Assembly (NCBI GenBank): GCA_964600615.1
Contig: CAZRJK010000007.1
Span: forward strand, 4,329 to 68,328
DNA: 64,000 nucleotides
Source of the DNA: an uncultured Muribaculaceae bacterium
GTDB taxonomy: Bacteria; Bacillota_I; Bacilli_A; RF39; UBA660
Reading direction: 5' to 3'
Part shown: positions 38,220 to 47,271 of the stretch, piece by piece
How positions within the stretch are numbered: the first letter of the stretch is position 1
Layout: the number at the start of each line of letters is the position of its first letter
Made by a program: the position numbers and the translations under genes
Notes under the pieces: model-generated
Told to the model about the DNA's origin: nothing
Database searches by the model: none
Seen by the model: the letters and a program-made list of their open reading frames with translations, nothing else

Positions 38220-39511
38220 TGAGTATAAAAAACACTCTAAAAGACTTATTAAGTCAATGCATAGATATACCATTAGAAGATATAAAAATAAGACTAGAAA
38301 ATAACACTAACGAGATATATTATACCTCCAATATTATATTAATATTGGAAGAAAAATTAAATCAAAATTCAGACATTATTTATAAAACTATAAAAAACAA
38401 TATAAAATCTAATGAAATAATAGAAGATTTAGATTTATTAGAAAACAAATTATTAAAAATAACCATAAAGAAAGATTATTTAATTAAAAACTTAAACAAA
38501 ATTTTAGAAAAGAATGCAGAATATGGAAAAAATAATATAGGAAATAATCAATCAATAAATATAGAATTATTTATAAATAACTTTGAAATAGAAAATTACA
38601 TAAAAACAATAATAAATATAGATAATATATCAAGAATTATGGAATTTTCTGGATATAATATTGAAAAAGAAATATATATAAATGATGTTAATTACATACA
38701 ATTAGAAGAAAAAATAAAAGAAAAATTAGATAATTATAGAATATATATTGAAAAATATAGCAATAATAAAAATTTAGAAGAAGAATATCTGATTGAAGAT
38801 GTATTAAACAAAATAAGATATTCTGCCAATTGCTATATAGAAGAAAATAATATAATAATTAAAAATATTGATGAAGAATCAAAAGAGAAATACATACTAA
38901 TAGATAATCAAGGAAATTATACGGATTTCTCCAAGTATATAGCCCATATTTATGAAAAATATAAAAATAATTATGACAATATAATAATATATACAGATAA
39001 TAATGAAAATTATATAATAAACCTAAAGGAAGAAATAAAGTATCTAAATAATAATAATAATAATCTAAATATTAAAAAGATAGAAAACAATTCAATAATA
39101 AAAAACGAAACAAATATGAATAAAATAAGATATATGTATCTTATGAATAATTATAATTTTGAAGAATTAGCAAAAAATTATTATAAAGTAATAACTATAA
39201 GTTCAAAATTAGAAAAAATTATAAAAAAAATAAATAACAAATTAGATCAATATAATAATATAAATAACAATATAACATATAATATTTTGTATAAATTAAT
39301 TGATTTTGAAGATTTAATAATTACTACTTGTCAATATAAAGAACCAATCTTATTAATGAATTATGCTTCAGAATTAATAAATTTATTAAATATAATTATT
39401 GAAAGCAATTCTTTTAATAATAAAAATATAATAAATTTATTAAATGCTTCTAAAATAATAATAAATAATATTTTACGACTAACAGGTTTAATACCTGAAG
39501 ATGAAATATAG
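38219..39511 (+). CDS. Arginyl-tRNA synthetase-like protein lacking catalytic signature motifs
   Basis: Collinear with ArgRS as I recall it. AEYGKNNIGNNQSINIELFINNFEIENYIKTIINIDNISRIMEFSGYNIEKEIYINDVNY aligns with [62 protein letters not shown]. The C-terminal DALR-like end LRLTGLIPEDEI aligns with LQLIGVSAPEKM. HIGH is replaced by ENYI, no MSK-type motif is seen, and the protein is about 125 aa shorter than ArgRS. Confidence 0.65.
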   Translation: MSIKNTLKDLLSQCIDIPLEDIKIRLENNTNEIYYTSNIILILEEKLNQNSDIIYKTIKNNIKSNEIIEDLDLLENKLLKITIKKDYLIKNLNKILEKNAEYGKNNIGNNQSINIELFINNFEIENYIKTIINIDNISRIMEFSGYNIEKEIYINDVNYIQLEEKIKEKLDNYRIYIEKYSNNKNLEEEYLIEDVLNKIRYSANCYIEENNIIIKNIDEESKEKYILIDNQGNYTDFSKYIAHIYEKYKNNYDNIIIYTDNNENYIINLKEEIKYLNNNNNNLNIKKIENNSIIKNETNMNKIRYMYLMNNYNFEELAKNYYKVITISSKLEKIIKKINNKLDQYNNINNNITYNILYKLIDFEDLIITTCQYKEPILLMNYASELINLLNIIIESNSFNNKNIINLLNASKIIINNILRLTGLIPEDEI

Positions 39512-39520
39512 GAGGATATC

Positions 39521-39967
39521 ATGAAATTAAATAAAATACCAAAAAATGAATTAGAATTATTATCATATACAGAAATAGCTAAATTATATTTAGCTGAAAA
39601 CAAAACAACTCAAAATACAGCAGAATTGTTCAAAAACGTTTGCGATTTATTAGAATTACCAGAATCAGAATATGTAAATAATGTAGCAGATTTTTTCCAA
39701 TCATTAAGTACATCAAAAGAATTTATATTACTAGATAATGGAGAATGGGATTTAAAATCAAATCACAAAGTAAAAGTATCAATAGATGAAATATATGAAG
39801 ATACTAATCCCGAAAATGAAGAAGAAATAGAAGAAGAAACAGATGATAATGAAGAAGAAACAGATGATATAGATTTAATAGATAACAATGATACATATTT
39901 AGATGATGATACAGATGATGATTTAGCAGATTTAACCATTATAAGTGATGAAGAAATAGAAGAATAA
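39521..39967 (+). CDS. rpoE: DNA-directed RNA polymerase delta subunit
   Basis: N-terminal HARE-HTH-like domain (ELELLSYTEIAKLYLAEN...FFQSLSTSKEFILLDNGEWDLK) followed by a long acidic D/E tail. Confidence 0.85.
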   Translation: MKLNKIPKNELELLSYTEIAKLYLAENKTTQNTAELFKNVCDLLELPESEYVNNVADFFQSLSTSKEFILLDNGEWDLKSNHKVKVSIDEIYEDTNPENEEEIEEETDDNEEETDDIDLIDNNDTYLDDDTDDDLADLTIISDEEIEE

Positions 39968-40056
39968 TCTTCTTTTTTTTATAAAAAATAATAAACAAGT
40001 ATTTTGTTTCTTAAAATAATATGATATAATATATATGAATAAGAAGGTGGATATGT

Positions 40057-40722
40057 ATGAATGAGCTAATTATGTTGTGTATCTTAATAATAGGAATACT
40101 ATCTTTATATATAGCAAACAAAATATTAGATACCTTTGGCATAAAAATAGTATTTATAACCTATAGCATAATATCTTTTATTTTATCATTTAAATATATA
40201 ACATTATCTACATTTCAAATAAATGCTAACACTTTAACATATTGTGTCTTGTTTACAGCAATTAGTTTTTTATTAGAAAAAAATAAAATTAAAGAAACAA
40301 AACAATTAATAAATTTAAACTTAATATTAAATATTTTTGGCTCAATCTTATTATATATAATGTCACAATATATTCAATCAATAAATGATACCGTAGGAAT
40401 AAACATGACAAATGTATTTGTCGATAATTATAAAGTATTAATAATAACTCCAATATCCACATATCTATCATTTAGATTATTAATACTTGTATATAATAAA
40501 GTAAAAAGTTTATATGATAATATATTTATAAGTATGGTATCAACATACCTAGCAATTGGCTTAATAGATTTAATAATAACTAAATTCATTTCATATTATA
40601 GAATATTAAGTATTCAAAATATAATAAAAATACTATTATCCACTTATATGGTAGAACTAATAATAATAGTTATATATTCAATAGTATTTACCTTATATAC
40701 AAGTAAGAAGGTGAAAAAATGA
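40057..40722 (+). CDS. Polytopic membrane protein, VUT/YhhQ (DUF165)-like, paralog 1
   Basis: About 6 TM segments. Size and hydrophobic pattern resemble queuosine-precursor transporter family proteins, but the conserved acidic residues I recall are not evident. Confidence 0.4.
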   Translation: MNELIMLCILIIGILSLYIANKILDTFGIKIVFITYSIISFILSFKYITLSTFQINANTLTYCVLFTAISFLLEKNKIKETKQLINLNLILNIFGSILLYIMSQYIQSINDTVGINMTNVFVDNYKVLIITPISTYLSFRLLILVYNKVKSLYDNIFISMVSTYLAIGLIDLIITKFISYYRILSIQNIIKILLSTYMVELIIIVIYSIVFTLYTSKKVKK

Positions 40723-41381
40723 TTAATATATATCTATTAATAATTGAATTAATAATTTGCTTAATAATAATGTTAACAACATATAAATTATACAAAATAA
40801 ATGGTTTATATAGTTATATGATAATAGCCTTTATAATATCAAATTTTATGACATTAAAAGTAGTATCAATATATGATTTTGATATAAATTTAGGAATAAT
40901 TCCTTTTACTACAATCTTTATTGCATCTAATATCATAATTCAAAAAGAAGGATCAGAAGAAATAAAAAGAATATCACTAATTTTATTAGCAACTTCTGTC
41001 ATAACTTTTTCAATATTATATTTAACAAGTAGACTTAACTCTAGTAATATAAATTTATTTACAAACAAATCATATGACAATATCTTAATTGGAAGTTCAA
41101 GAATATATTTTGCTAATATAGCGACAATGTTATATACATTACTATTAAATAGCAAACTATATTTATATTTAAAATCAATAAAAAATAGAATTTGGATAAG
41201 CAATATATTCACCAACATTATAATTCAATTTTTAGCTTCAATTTTGTTTTCAATACTAGCATATACCTTCATAAAAGAACCGATAGAAATAATTCAAATA
41301 ATAATAATGAGGTACATGTTAAGCCTAATAGCAGCAATATTAAGTACAATAAATATATATATAGGATCAAAAATAGAATAA
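40719..41381 (+). CDS. Polytopic membrane protein, VUT/YhhQ (DUF165)-like, paralog 2
   Basis: The 4-nt overlap with the preceding paralog implies an operon. NLGIIPFTTIFIASNII, FANIATMLYTLLLNSKLYLYLKS and ISNIFTNIIIQFLASILF line up with YhhQ segments. Confidence 0.45.
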   Translation: MINIYLLIIELIICLIIMLTTYKLYKINGLYSYMIIAFIISNFMTLKVVSIYDFDINLGIIPFTTIFIASNIIIQKEGSEEIKRISLILLATSVITFSILYLTSRLNSSNINLFTNKSYDNILIGSSRIYFANIATMLYTLLLNSKLYLYLKSIKNRIWISNIFTNIIIQFLASILFSILAYTFIKEPIEIIQIIIMRYMLSLIAAILSTINIYIGSKIE

Positions 41382-41394
41382 GGAAGTGATTTAT

Positions 41395-42060
41395 ATGAGA
41401 ACAAAAAAACAAGAATTAATAAGTAACGACTTAAAACCATTAGTAAGTAAACTAATAAAGGATAATAGAGAAAAATATAACTATTCTCTAGAAGATTTAG
41501 CAAAAGCCTTAAATTATCAAAAAAACAGGCAAACATTACATAAATATGAAACAGGGAAATTAAATATACCTTATGACATATTATTTCAAATATGTAATAT
41601 TTTCAATATAGATAGTGAAAGCTTTAAACAAGCTCCAATATCTCAAGAAGAACAAAATAAAATTGAAAAGAAAATGATTAAAGAATATGTAAGCAGTTTA
41701 AGAAAAGATAAAAACTTAACTCCTCAAAGCGAAAAAATAATAAATACTTATAAAAATGCTTCCTTTGAACCAAAAAACACTCAAAGTGATCTATGTATTA
41801 AAGTAACAGACGACTCCATGGCTCCTATATATTTAAAAAATGATAAATTATATTTTAAAAAACAAGAAGATTATAAAAATGGTGATGATATAATAATTGC
41901 TGTTAAAAATAATATTTTGTCAGTAAGAAGATTATATCGTTATCCTAAAGGAATAATATTACAAGCAATAAATCCAAAATATCCTACTATAAATGTCAAT
42001 GTAATATCAAATGACATGATTTTGGGAAAAATAGTATCAATTTATAGAGAAATAAAATAA
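41395..42060 (+). CDS. XRE-family HTH + S24 peptidase repressor (LexA/CI-like)
   Basis: HTH_3 segment (YSLEDLAKALNYQKNRQTLHKYETGKLNIPYDILFQICNIF). S24 catalytic Ser (VTDDSMAP) and Lys (ILGKIVSIY). ATG 41395 follows AAGGAAGTGA. Confidence 0.7.
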   Translation: MRTKKQELISNDLKPLVSKLIKDNREKYNYSLEDLAKALNYQKNRQTLHKYETGKLNIPYDILFQICNIFNIDSESFKQAPISQEEQNKIEKKMIKEYVSSLRKDKNLTPQSEKIINTYKNASFEPKNTQSDLCIKVTDDSMAPIYLKNDKLYFKKQEDYKNGDDIIIAVKNNILSVRRLYRYPKGIILQAINPKYPTINVNVISNDMILGKIVSIYREIK

Positions 42061-42088
42061 AAAAACTATACTTAAGTATAGTTTTTTT
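42061..42088. terminator. Bidirectional intrinsic terminator between the repressor gene and hup
   Basis: AAAAAACTATAC-ttaa-GTATAGTTTTTTT: a perfect palindrome flanked by an A-run and a T-run. Confidence 0.7.
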
Positions 42089-42093
42089 ATATT

Positions 42094-42366
42094 TTAATTT
42101 AAAGCATCTTTTAATTTGTTTCCAGCCTTAAATGTAGGAACTGTACGAGCTGCAATACTAACTTTTTCACCAGTTTGAGGATTACGACCAGTACGAGCTT
42201 CTCTTCTCTTAGCAGTAAAAGTTCCGAAACCAACTAAAGTAACCTTTCCTTTTTTCTTTAATCCTACAGTAACTCCTTCAATCATAGCTTCTAGAGCTCT
42301 TGTAGAATCAGCCTTTGTTAAATCGGCATTTTCAGCAATGAATTCTACTAATTCAGCTTTTGTCAT
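42094..42366 (-). CDS. hup: DNA-binding protein HU
   Basis: MTKAELVEFIAENADLTKADSTRALEAMIEGV...GFGTFTAKRREARTGRNPQTGEKVSIAARTVPTFKAGNKLKDALN is canonical HU. Start set at ATG 42366 after GGAGGT. Confidence 0.95.
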   Translation of the reverse strand: MTKAELVEFIAENADLTKADSTRALEAMIEGVTVGLKKKGKVTLVGFGTFTAKRREARTGRNPQTGEKVSIAARTVPTFKAGNKLKDALN

Positions 42367-42551
42367 ATTTAATACCTCCATTATCTATAATAAGCAATTA
42401 CTAATCTATGCTTACAACATAAAGATATCACGAAAAAAAATTAAAATCAATACATTTATTATAAAATATGCACAAAATTTACCCTATTTAACTATAAGTT
42501 TTCAAAAAAAATAAAAAACTAAAAAAAAATTAAAAAAAAACAAAAAAAGTA

Positions 42552-42580
42552 TTGACATGATATATTAACAGTGATATAAT
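42552..42580 (+). promoter_or_regulatory. Consensus sigma-A promoter with extended -10 and no downstream ORF
   Basis: TTGACA (42552-42557), 17 nt spacer, TGaTATAAT (42572-42580). It is preceded by long A-tracts (42500-42548) resembling an UP element. Confidence 0.75.
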
Positions 42581-42586
42581 AAAATC

Positions 42587-43108
42587 ACTTAGATAGAAGA
42601 TATACAAATATATCTAAAAAACAATAATAATATTTATTTATTTTATATAAATAAACTATTATTATTAAAGTAATAATAAATTATTTTATAATAATTATAT
42701 TATTACACTAATAATTATTTATTCTCGTAATAAATATATTATTACCCTTGCATATATAATTTTCAAAAATAATTAATTACTTACTTAATTTATTTATTTA
42801 ATTAATTACATTATTTTTACAAAAAAAATTATATATCAAATCAGTTATATTTATTATCTTCAGTAGGAAAGAAAAATTATAGAAAATATAATTCTTATCT
42901 CCACTAAGTAAAACAATTGTTAAAGAAGAAAGAAAAACTTCAAAAATGATAAGAGATTGTAATAAACACTGATAATGTTTATTAAGGTTATTAATAATTG
43001 TATTATTTATTAGTTTATACTAATAGATAATACATATTATTGAAATAACTGTACAATTTTTTCCAAAAAACTCGAACTAACTAATTTTATCAGGATTAGT
43101 TAGTTTTT
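42587..43108 (+). ncRNA. Candidate about 520-nt non-coding transcript (family unknown)
   Basis: Bounded by the consensus promoter and the terminator at 43075-43108. No ORF of 60 aa or more on either strand between 42382 and 43148. My scan found only 8-18-codon ORFs without an RBS. Seven consecutive long imperfect hairpins are present. Confidence 0.4.
43075..43108 (+). terminator. Intrinsic terminator of the candidate ncRNA
   Basis: 11-bp stem AACTAACTAAT/ATTAGTTAGTT, 9-nt loop, followed by TTTTT. Confidence 0.7.
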
Positions 43109-43116
43109 GTATGTTT

Positions 43117-43150
43117 AAAAAAGGATTTATTATAAAATAAATCCTTTTTT
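43117..43150. terminator. Bidirectional terminator (spoIVA 3' end; backup for the plus-strand transcript)
   Basis: AAAAAAGGATTTAT-tataaa-ATAAATCCTTTTTT. It abuts the spoIVA stop codon. Confidence 0.7.
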
Positions 43151-44615
43151 ATATAACAATAGCAATCATATTATTAGAACCCTTATTAATAACTTTAGTA
43201 AGCGTTTGACTAAGTTTATATCGTATATTATCAGGCATCATAGCCAGTTTTGCCTGTATTCCTTCTTGAACAATAACATCTAAACTTCGACCAAATATCT
43301 CACTTTTCCATATATCATTACTATTATCAGATTTAGTAAGATAATTAATAAGCTCTTTACTTTGAAGCTCACTACCAATAATAGGTTCAAAAGTAGATTC
43401 AACATCGACCTTTATCATATGAATAGAAGGAGCTTTAGCCTTAAGCTTAACACCATATCTAGAACCTTGCTTAATAATCTCTGGTAATTCCAATTTCATA
43501 TCAGCTAAAGAAGGAGTAGCAATGCCATAACCAGTTTGCTTAACCATTTTAAGAGCATCTTTTATTTGATCATACTCTTCTTTAGCAATATTTAAATCCT
43601 GAAACATAGATAAAAGTTTAGCCTTAGAAGATATATCTGTACCAATTATTTCATTTAATACTTGATTATATAAATAATTAGGTGCATCTAACTGAATAGT
43701 AACTTCACCCCTAGCCGTATCTACTTCAGATATATAAGATTTTTCCATATATTCACAATCCTTAAATCCTAAAGTAATATTATCTATATCTCTAAGCTTA
43801 TCTATTTCAATAACACTATCTCTAATTCTTTTTATATATTCTCTCTTTATTTTATTATCTTTTAATATTGCAATCCATTCAGGAATATTAAATTTAACTT
43901 CTTCAATAGGAAATTCATATAAAGCTTCCTTAAGGATATTATACATATCTACTTCCTGCATATTAAGAACGCTAACTGGAATAACAGGCACTCCATAACT
44001 ATTTCTCAAATCATTAGCAAGTCTTTCTGTTTCAGGAATCATAGGATGAACAGAATTTAAAACAACAATAAAAGGTTTACCAATTTCCTTTAGATCATTA
44101 ATAACTTGCTCCTCAGCTCTAACATATTCATTTCTAGGAATTTCTCCTATAGAACCATCAGTAGTCATAACAATACCAATAGTAGAATGCTCTTTAATTA
44201 CCTTTTCTGTACCTATCTCAGCAGCTTCTACGAAAGGAATTGGATCAGAGTACCACGGTGTCATAACCATTCTAGGACCATTTTCATCCTCATATCCCTT
44301 AGCCCCATCAATAACATAACCAACACAATCAACCATTCTAATAGCAGCTTCAAAATCATCTATCTTAATTTTAGTAGCCGTAGCAGGAACAAATTTAGGT
44401 TCAGTAGTCATAATAGTCTTACCAGCAGCAGATTGAGGAAGTTCATCCAAAGTTCTTTTTTTCTCAAATTCATCCTCTATATTAGGAATAATTAAATTTT
44501 CCATAAATTTCTTAATAAAAGTACTTTTACCTGTTCTAACAGCCCCAACTACTCCCAAGTATATGTCTCCACCACATCTTTCGGAAATATTTTTTATAAC
44601 ATCAATTTTATCCAT
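43149..44615 (-). CDS. spoIVA: Stage IV sporulation protein A (spore coat morphogenetic ATPase)
   Basis: MDKIDVIKNISERCGGDIYLGVVGAVRTGKSTFIKKFME... with Walker A. About 488 aa, full-length SpoIVA collinearity. Confidence 0.95.
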   Translation of the reverse strand: MDKIDVIKNISERCGGDIYLGVVGAVRTGKSTFIKKFMENLIIPNIEDEFEKKRTLDELPQSAAGKTIMTTEPKFVPATATKIKIDDFEAAIRMVDCVGYVIDGAKGYEDENGPRMVMTPWYSDPIPFVEAAEIGTEKVIKEHSTIGIVMTTDGSIGEIPRNEYVRAEEQVINDLKEIGKPFIVVLNSVHPMIPETERLANDLRNSYGVPVIPVSVLNMQEVDMYNILKEALYEFPIEEVKFNIPEWIAILKDNKIKREYIKRIRDSVIEIDKLRDIDNITLGFKDCEYMEKSYISEVDTARGEVTIQLDAPNYLYNQVLNEIIGTDISSKAKLLSMFQDLNIAKEEYDQIKDALKMVKQTGYGIATPSLADMKLELPEIIKQGSRYGVKLKAKAPSIHMIKVDVESTFEPIIGSELQSKELINYLTKSDNSNDIWKSEIFGRSLDVIVQEGIQAKLAMMPDNIRYKLSQTLTKVINKGSNNMIAIVI

Positions 44616-44690
44616 AAATACCTCTCTCTCTTATTCAATTAATATTATGATTATTATTTATATTTATTATAAAAAAATCAAAATTATCAT

Positions 44691-44945
44691 CTAATTTTGA
44701 TTATCTACATATTTATCTATATTTTTAGGCACCTTATCATTAATAATAGCATTAACTATCTTATCTTCTTTCTCTTTAGTAACTTCTCTACCAGTAATTC
44801 TTGAAATATCATGTATTACTTCTTTAATAGTATCTTCATTTTTCATATTACCATTTTGTAATTTTTGAGCCAAAGAAAGAATAGTATCTTTATTAACATT
44901 TGTTTTCTTTTCAACCTTTTTAAAAAAACTATCCGAAAAAGCCAT
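44691..44945 (-). CDS. Stage VI sporulation protein F-like (SpoVIF/YjcC family)
   Basis: 84 aa. FFKKVEKKTNVNKDTILSLAQKLQNGNMKNEDTIKEVI...KEKEDKIVNAI resembles my recollection of B. subtilis SpoVIF (same length). Confidence 0.55.
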   Translation of the reverse strand: MAFSDSFFKKVEKKTNVNKDTILSLAQKLQNGNMKNEDTIKEVIHDISRITGREVTKEKEDKIVNAIINDKVPKNIDKYVDNQN

Positions 44946-44988
44946 AAAAAATCCTCCTACATTATTCTATGTAGGAGGAAAATAAAAT

Positions 44989-45501
44989 TTAATAATATTT
45001 TCTATTTAATTTTTTCATTTTCTTACTTACTAATTTAAATTCATCATACTCATAACTATCCAAAAGTTCATTAGATATTTTTGTAGCTTTTATGTATCTT
45101 ATATCACTACTACCTAAAGCAGCACTATCCAAAACATTCTCATAAGCATTTAATTGAGGATTATTACACTCTAAAATAAATAATTTCTCATAGAAAATAG
45201 GTAATATTTCACAATTGTCATCTAACTTAAATTTTCTATTTAATCTACTATATGCACATAAAGTATGAACATATTCATGAATATTAATCATAGTAGTAAT
45301 ATCATCAACTCTCCTTGGAACACAAGGTCTAATCTCTTTCAAAATATCATTTCTATCCTTAATATAATTACAACCTATATAGCATCTATAAAAATCCTCA
45401 TTATAATAATCAAAATTATCAGAGTGATTCAAAAAATATTTATATACCTCCTCATCATATATATTATGAGTATGTAAAAATTCAAAGAATTTATTATTCA
45501 T
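44989..45501 (-). CDS. Hypothetical protein with HExxH motif (possible small metallopeptidase)
   Basis: A single HEYVH motif. No other family features recognised. Confidence 0.4.
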   Translation of the reverse strand: MNNKFFEFLHTHNIYDEEVYKYFLNHSDNFDYYNEDFYRCYIGCNYIKDRNDILKEIRPCVPRRVDDITTMINIHEYVHTLCAYSRLNRKFKLDDNCEILPIFYEKLFILECNNPQLNAYENVLDSAALGSSDIRYIKATKISNELLDSYEYDEFKLVSKKMKKLNRKYY

Positions 45502-45503
45502 TA

Positions 45504-46817
45504 TTATTCACCATTTCTATTTTTAAATTGTATAACTATAGGAGTCCCCTCTAAATCAAAATTTTCCCTCAATTTATTCTCTAGATATCTCTCATAAGAG
45601 AAATGAACTAATCCTTTACTATTAACATTAAACGTAAATTTAGGTGGTTTTATACCACTTTGATTAACAAAATATATTTTTAGCCTCTTCCCCTTATATG
45701 AAGGAGGTTGATTTAACATAACAGCATCTCTTATTACATTATTAAGTAGACTAGTTTTTATCTCTTTCAAAGAATTATTATATACCTTTTCAACTTCTGG
45801 CATTAAAGTATGTATTCTTTTCTTTGTTTTAGCAGATAAAAATACAATTGGTACATAAGATAAAAATTGAAATTCATTTCTCATTAAATCAGTAAAAGAT
45901 TTAATATTATTCTTATCATTAACAGTATCCCATTTGTTTACCACCAAAACCATAGGCTTACCAGCTTCCTTAGCATAACTAGCAATATGTTTATCATGTT
46001 CAATAATACCTTCTTCAGCATTTATAACAATAACACACACATCACTTCTTTCTATAGCTTTCATACTTCTAATCAAACTATATTTTTCAATATTTTCATA
46101 TATTTTTCCTTTTTTACGCATACCAGCCGTATCAATAACAACATAGTCTTTCCCATCATATTTAAATTCTGTATCAACAGCATCCCTTGTAGTACCAGCT
46201 ATATCACTAACAATAACTTTATCTTCATTTAATAAAGCATTAACTAAACTACTCTTACCAACATTAGGTCTACCAATAATACAAAACTTAATCCTATCAT
46301 CATCATATTCTACATCATTAATCTCTTTAAAATTAGAAGTAATCATCTCTAATAGATTATCAATACCAATATTATGCTCTCCACTAACAGCAACTACTTT
46401 CTCAAAACCTAATTCATAATAATTATAAATATTATTATCTCTTTTAGTATTATCAATCTTATTAACAGCTACAATAACATCTTTATTAGCTTTCTTTAAC
46501 ATATCTCTAATAACAAAATCATTTTGATTTAATTCATCTAAGCCATCTACTACAAAGATAACTATATCAGATTCATCTATAGCAATAGAAGCTTGTACTT
46601 TAATTTCGTCATTAAAAACATCCTTACTAACATCAATACCACCAGTATCAATCAAATGAAATTTATAATTATTATATACAACATCACCATAAATCCTATC
46701 CCTAGTAACTCCAGGAGTATCTTCTATAATAGCAATCTTTTTACCAACTAATCTATTAAATATAGTACTCTTACCAACATTAGGCCTTCCAACTAAAGCC
46801 ACTGTAGGAAGTCTCAT
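45504..46817 (-). CDS. der: Ribosome-associated GTPase Der (EngA)
   Basis: Two tandem G-domains (GRPNVGKST / GRPNVGKSS, DTGG / DTAG, NKID / NKWD) and a KH-like C-terminus. Confidence 0.95.
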   Translation of the reverse strand: MRLPTVALVGRPNVGKSTIFNRLVGKKIAIIEDTPGVTRDRIYGDVVYNNYKFHLIDTGGIDVSKDVFNDEIKVQASIAIDESDIVIFVVDGLDELNQNDFVIRDMLKKANKDVIVAVNKIDNTKRDNNIYNYYELGFEKVVAVSGEHNIGIDNLLEMITSNFKEINDVEYDDDRIKFCIIGRPNVGKSSLVNALLNEDKVIVSDIAGTTRDAVDTEFKYDGKDYVVIDTAGMRKKGKIYENIEKYSLIRSMKAIERSDVCVIVINAEEGIIEHDKHIASYAKEAGKPMVLVVNKWDTVNDKNNIKSFTDLMRNEFQFLSYVPIVFLSAKTKKRIHTLMPEVEKVYNNSLKEIKTSLLNNVIRDAVMLNQPPSYKGKRLKIYFVNQSGIKPPKFTFNVNSKGLVHFSYERYLENKLRENFDLEGTPIVIQFKNRNGE

Positions 46818-46830
46818 AATATCACCACCT

Positions 46831-47241
46831 TTACTTTATTTTTATTCCATTATTTAAAATATCTAAAGATTCTTTATAAATAACATTACTATCTATTTCT
46901 TTTTTATAAGGAGTATAAAGTTTATTCTTAAAATAAAAAACATCATCATAATCCCAAAAACAACTTATCTCATTAAAAAAAATATAATCCATATGAAATT
47001 TGATCTTCATATCTATAACCTTATCAAAACAGTTATTATTTATCTCAATAATCATTCCAAAATTATTATCAACATAAACATTAACATCACAAAAACCATT
47101 AATATTATATCTTCTTTTAATCTTCTTAATAATAATTTTAAATAAACAACTTAAATCATTATAATTAAAAATATCAACATCATCAAAATTATCTTTATAA
47201 ATATAAATAATAAATATATCGTTAACCTTATTAATAATCAC
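46831..47241 (-). CDS. Hypothetical protein (136 aa)
   Basis: ORF only. Tightly spaced between engB and der. No confident family assignment. Confidence 0.4.
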   Translation of the reverse strand: MIINKVNDIFIIYIYKDNFDDVDIFNYNDLSCLFKIIIKKIKRRYNINGFCDVNVYVDNNFGMIIEINNNCFDKVIDMKIKFHMDYIFFNEISCFWDYDDVFYFKNKLYTPYKKEIDSNVIYKESLDILNNGIKIK

Positions 47242-47271
47242 TTAATCACCTTATGTAATTTATGTAATTAA

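Noticed and set aside
39048-39065. (AAT)n microsatellite-like runs (also about 24891-24914 and within several genes).
   Set aside because: Within genes they simply encode poly-Asn stretches typical of extremely AT-rich genomes. No evidence was seen of phase-variable frameshifting, since all repeat units are 3 nt.
41395-42060. The XRE-S24 (CI/LexA-like) repressor as a marker of a prophage or mobile element.
   Set aside because: No integrase, excisionase, Cro-like divergent gene, att-like repeats or phage structural genes are adjacent. It is flanked by housekeeping genes and a clean terminator. I also found no convincing GAAC-N4-GTTC SOS box in the window.
42600-42840. Repetitive AATAAT-rich segment that superficially looks like a CRISPR or other direct-repeat array.
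   Set aside because: The units are inverted (hairpin arms), not regularly spaced direct repeats with unique spacers. No cas genes are nearby.
44616-44690. Possible sigma-E-type promoter for spoIVA (CATAATAT resembling the CATACAnT -10).
   Set aside because: There is one mismatch in the -10 and no clear -35 at the correct spacing. In this AT-rich spacer such matches are expected by chance.
46831-47241. The 136-aa ORF between engB and der showed a faint MecA-adaptor-like pattern, which would pair nicely with the ComK-family gene.
   Set aside because: The resemblance is only a hydrophobic/acidic pattern match from memory, and the protein is much shorter than MecA. This is not enough evidence to call.
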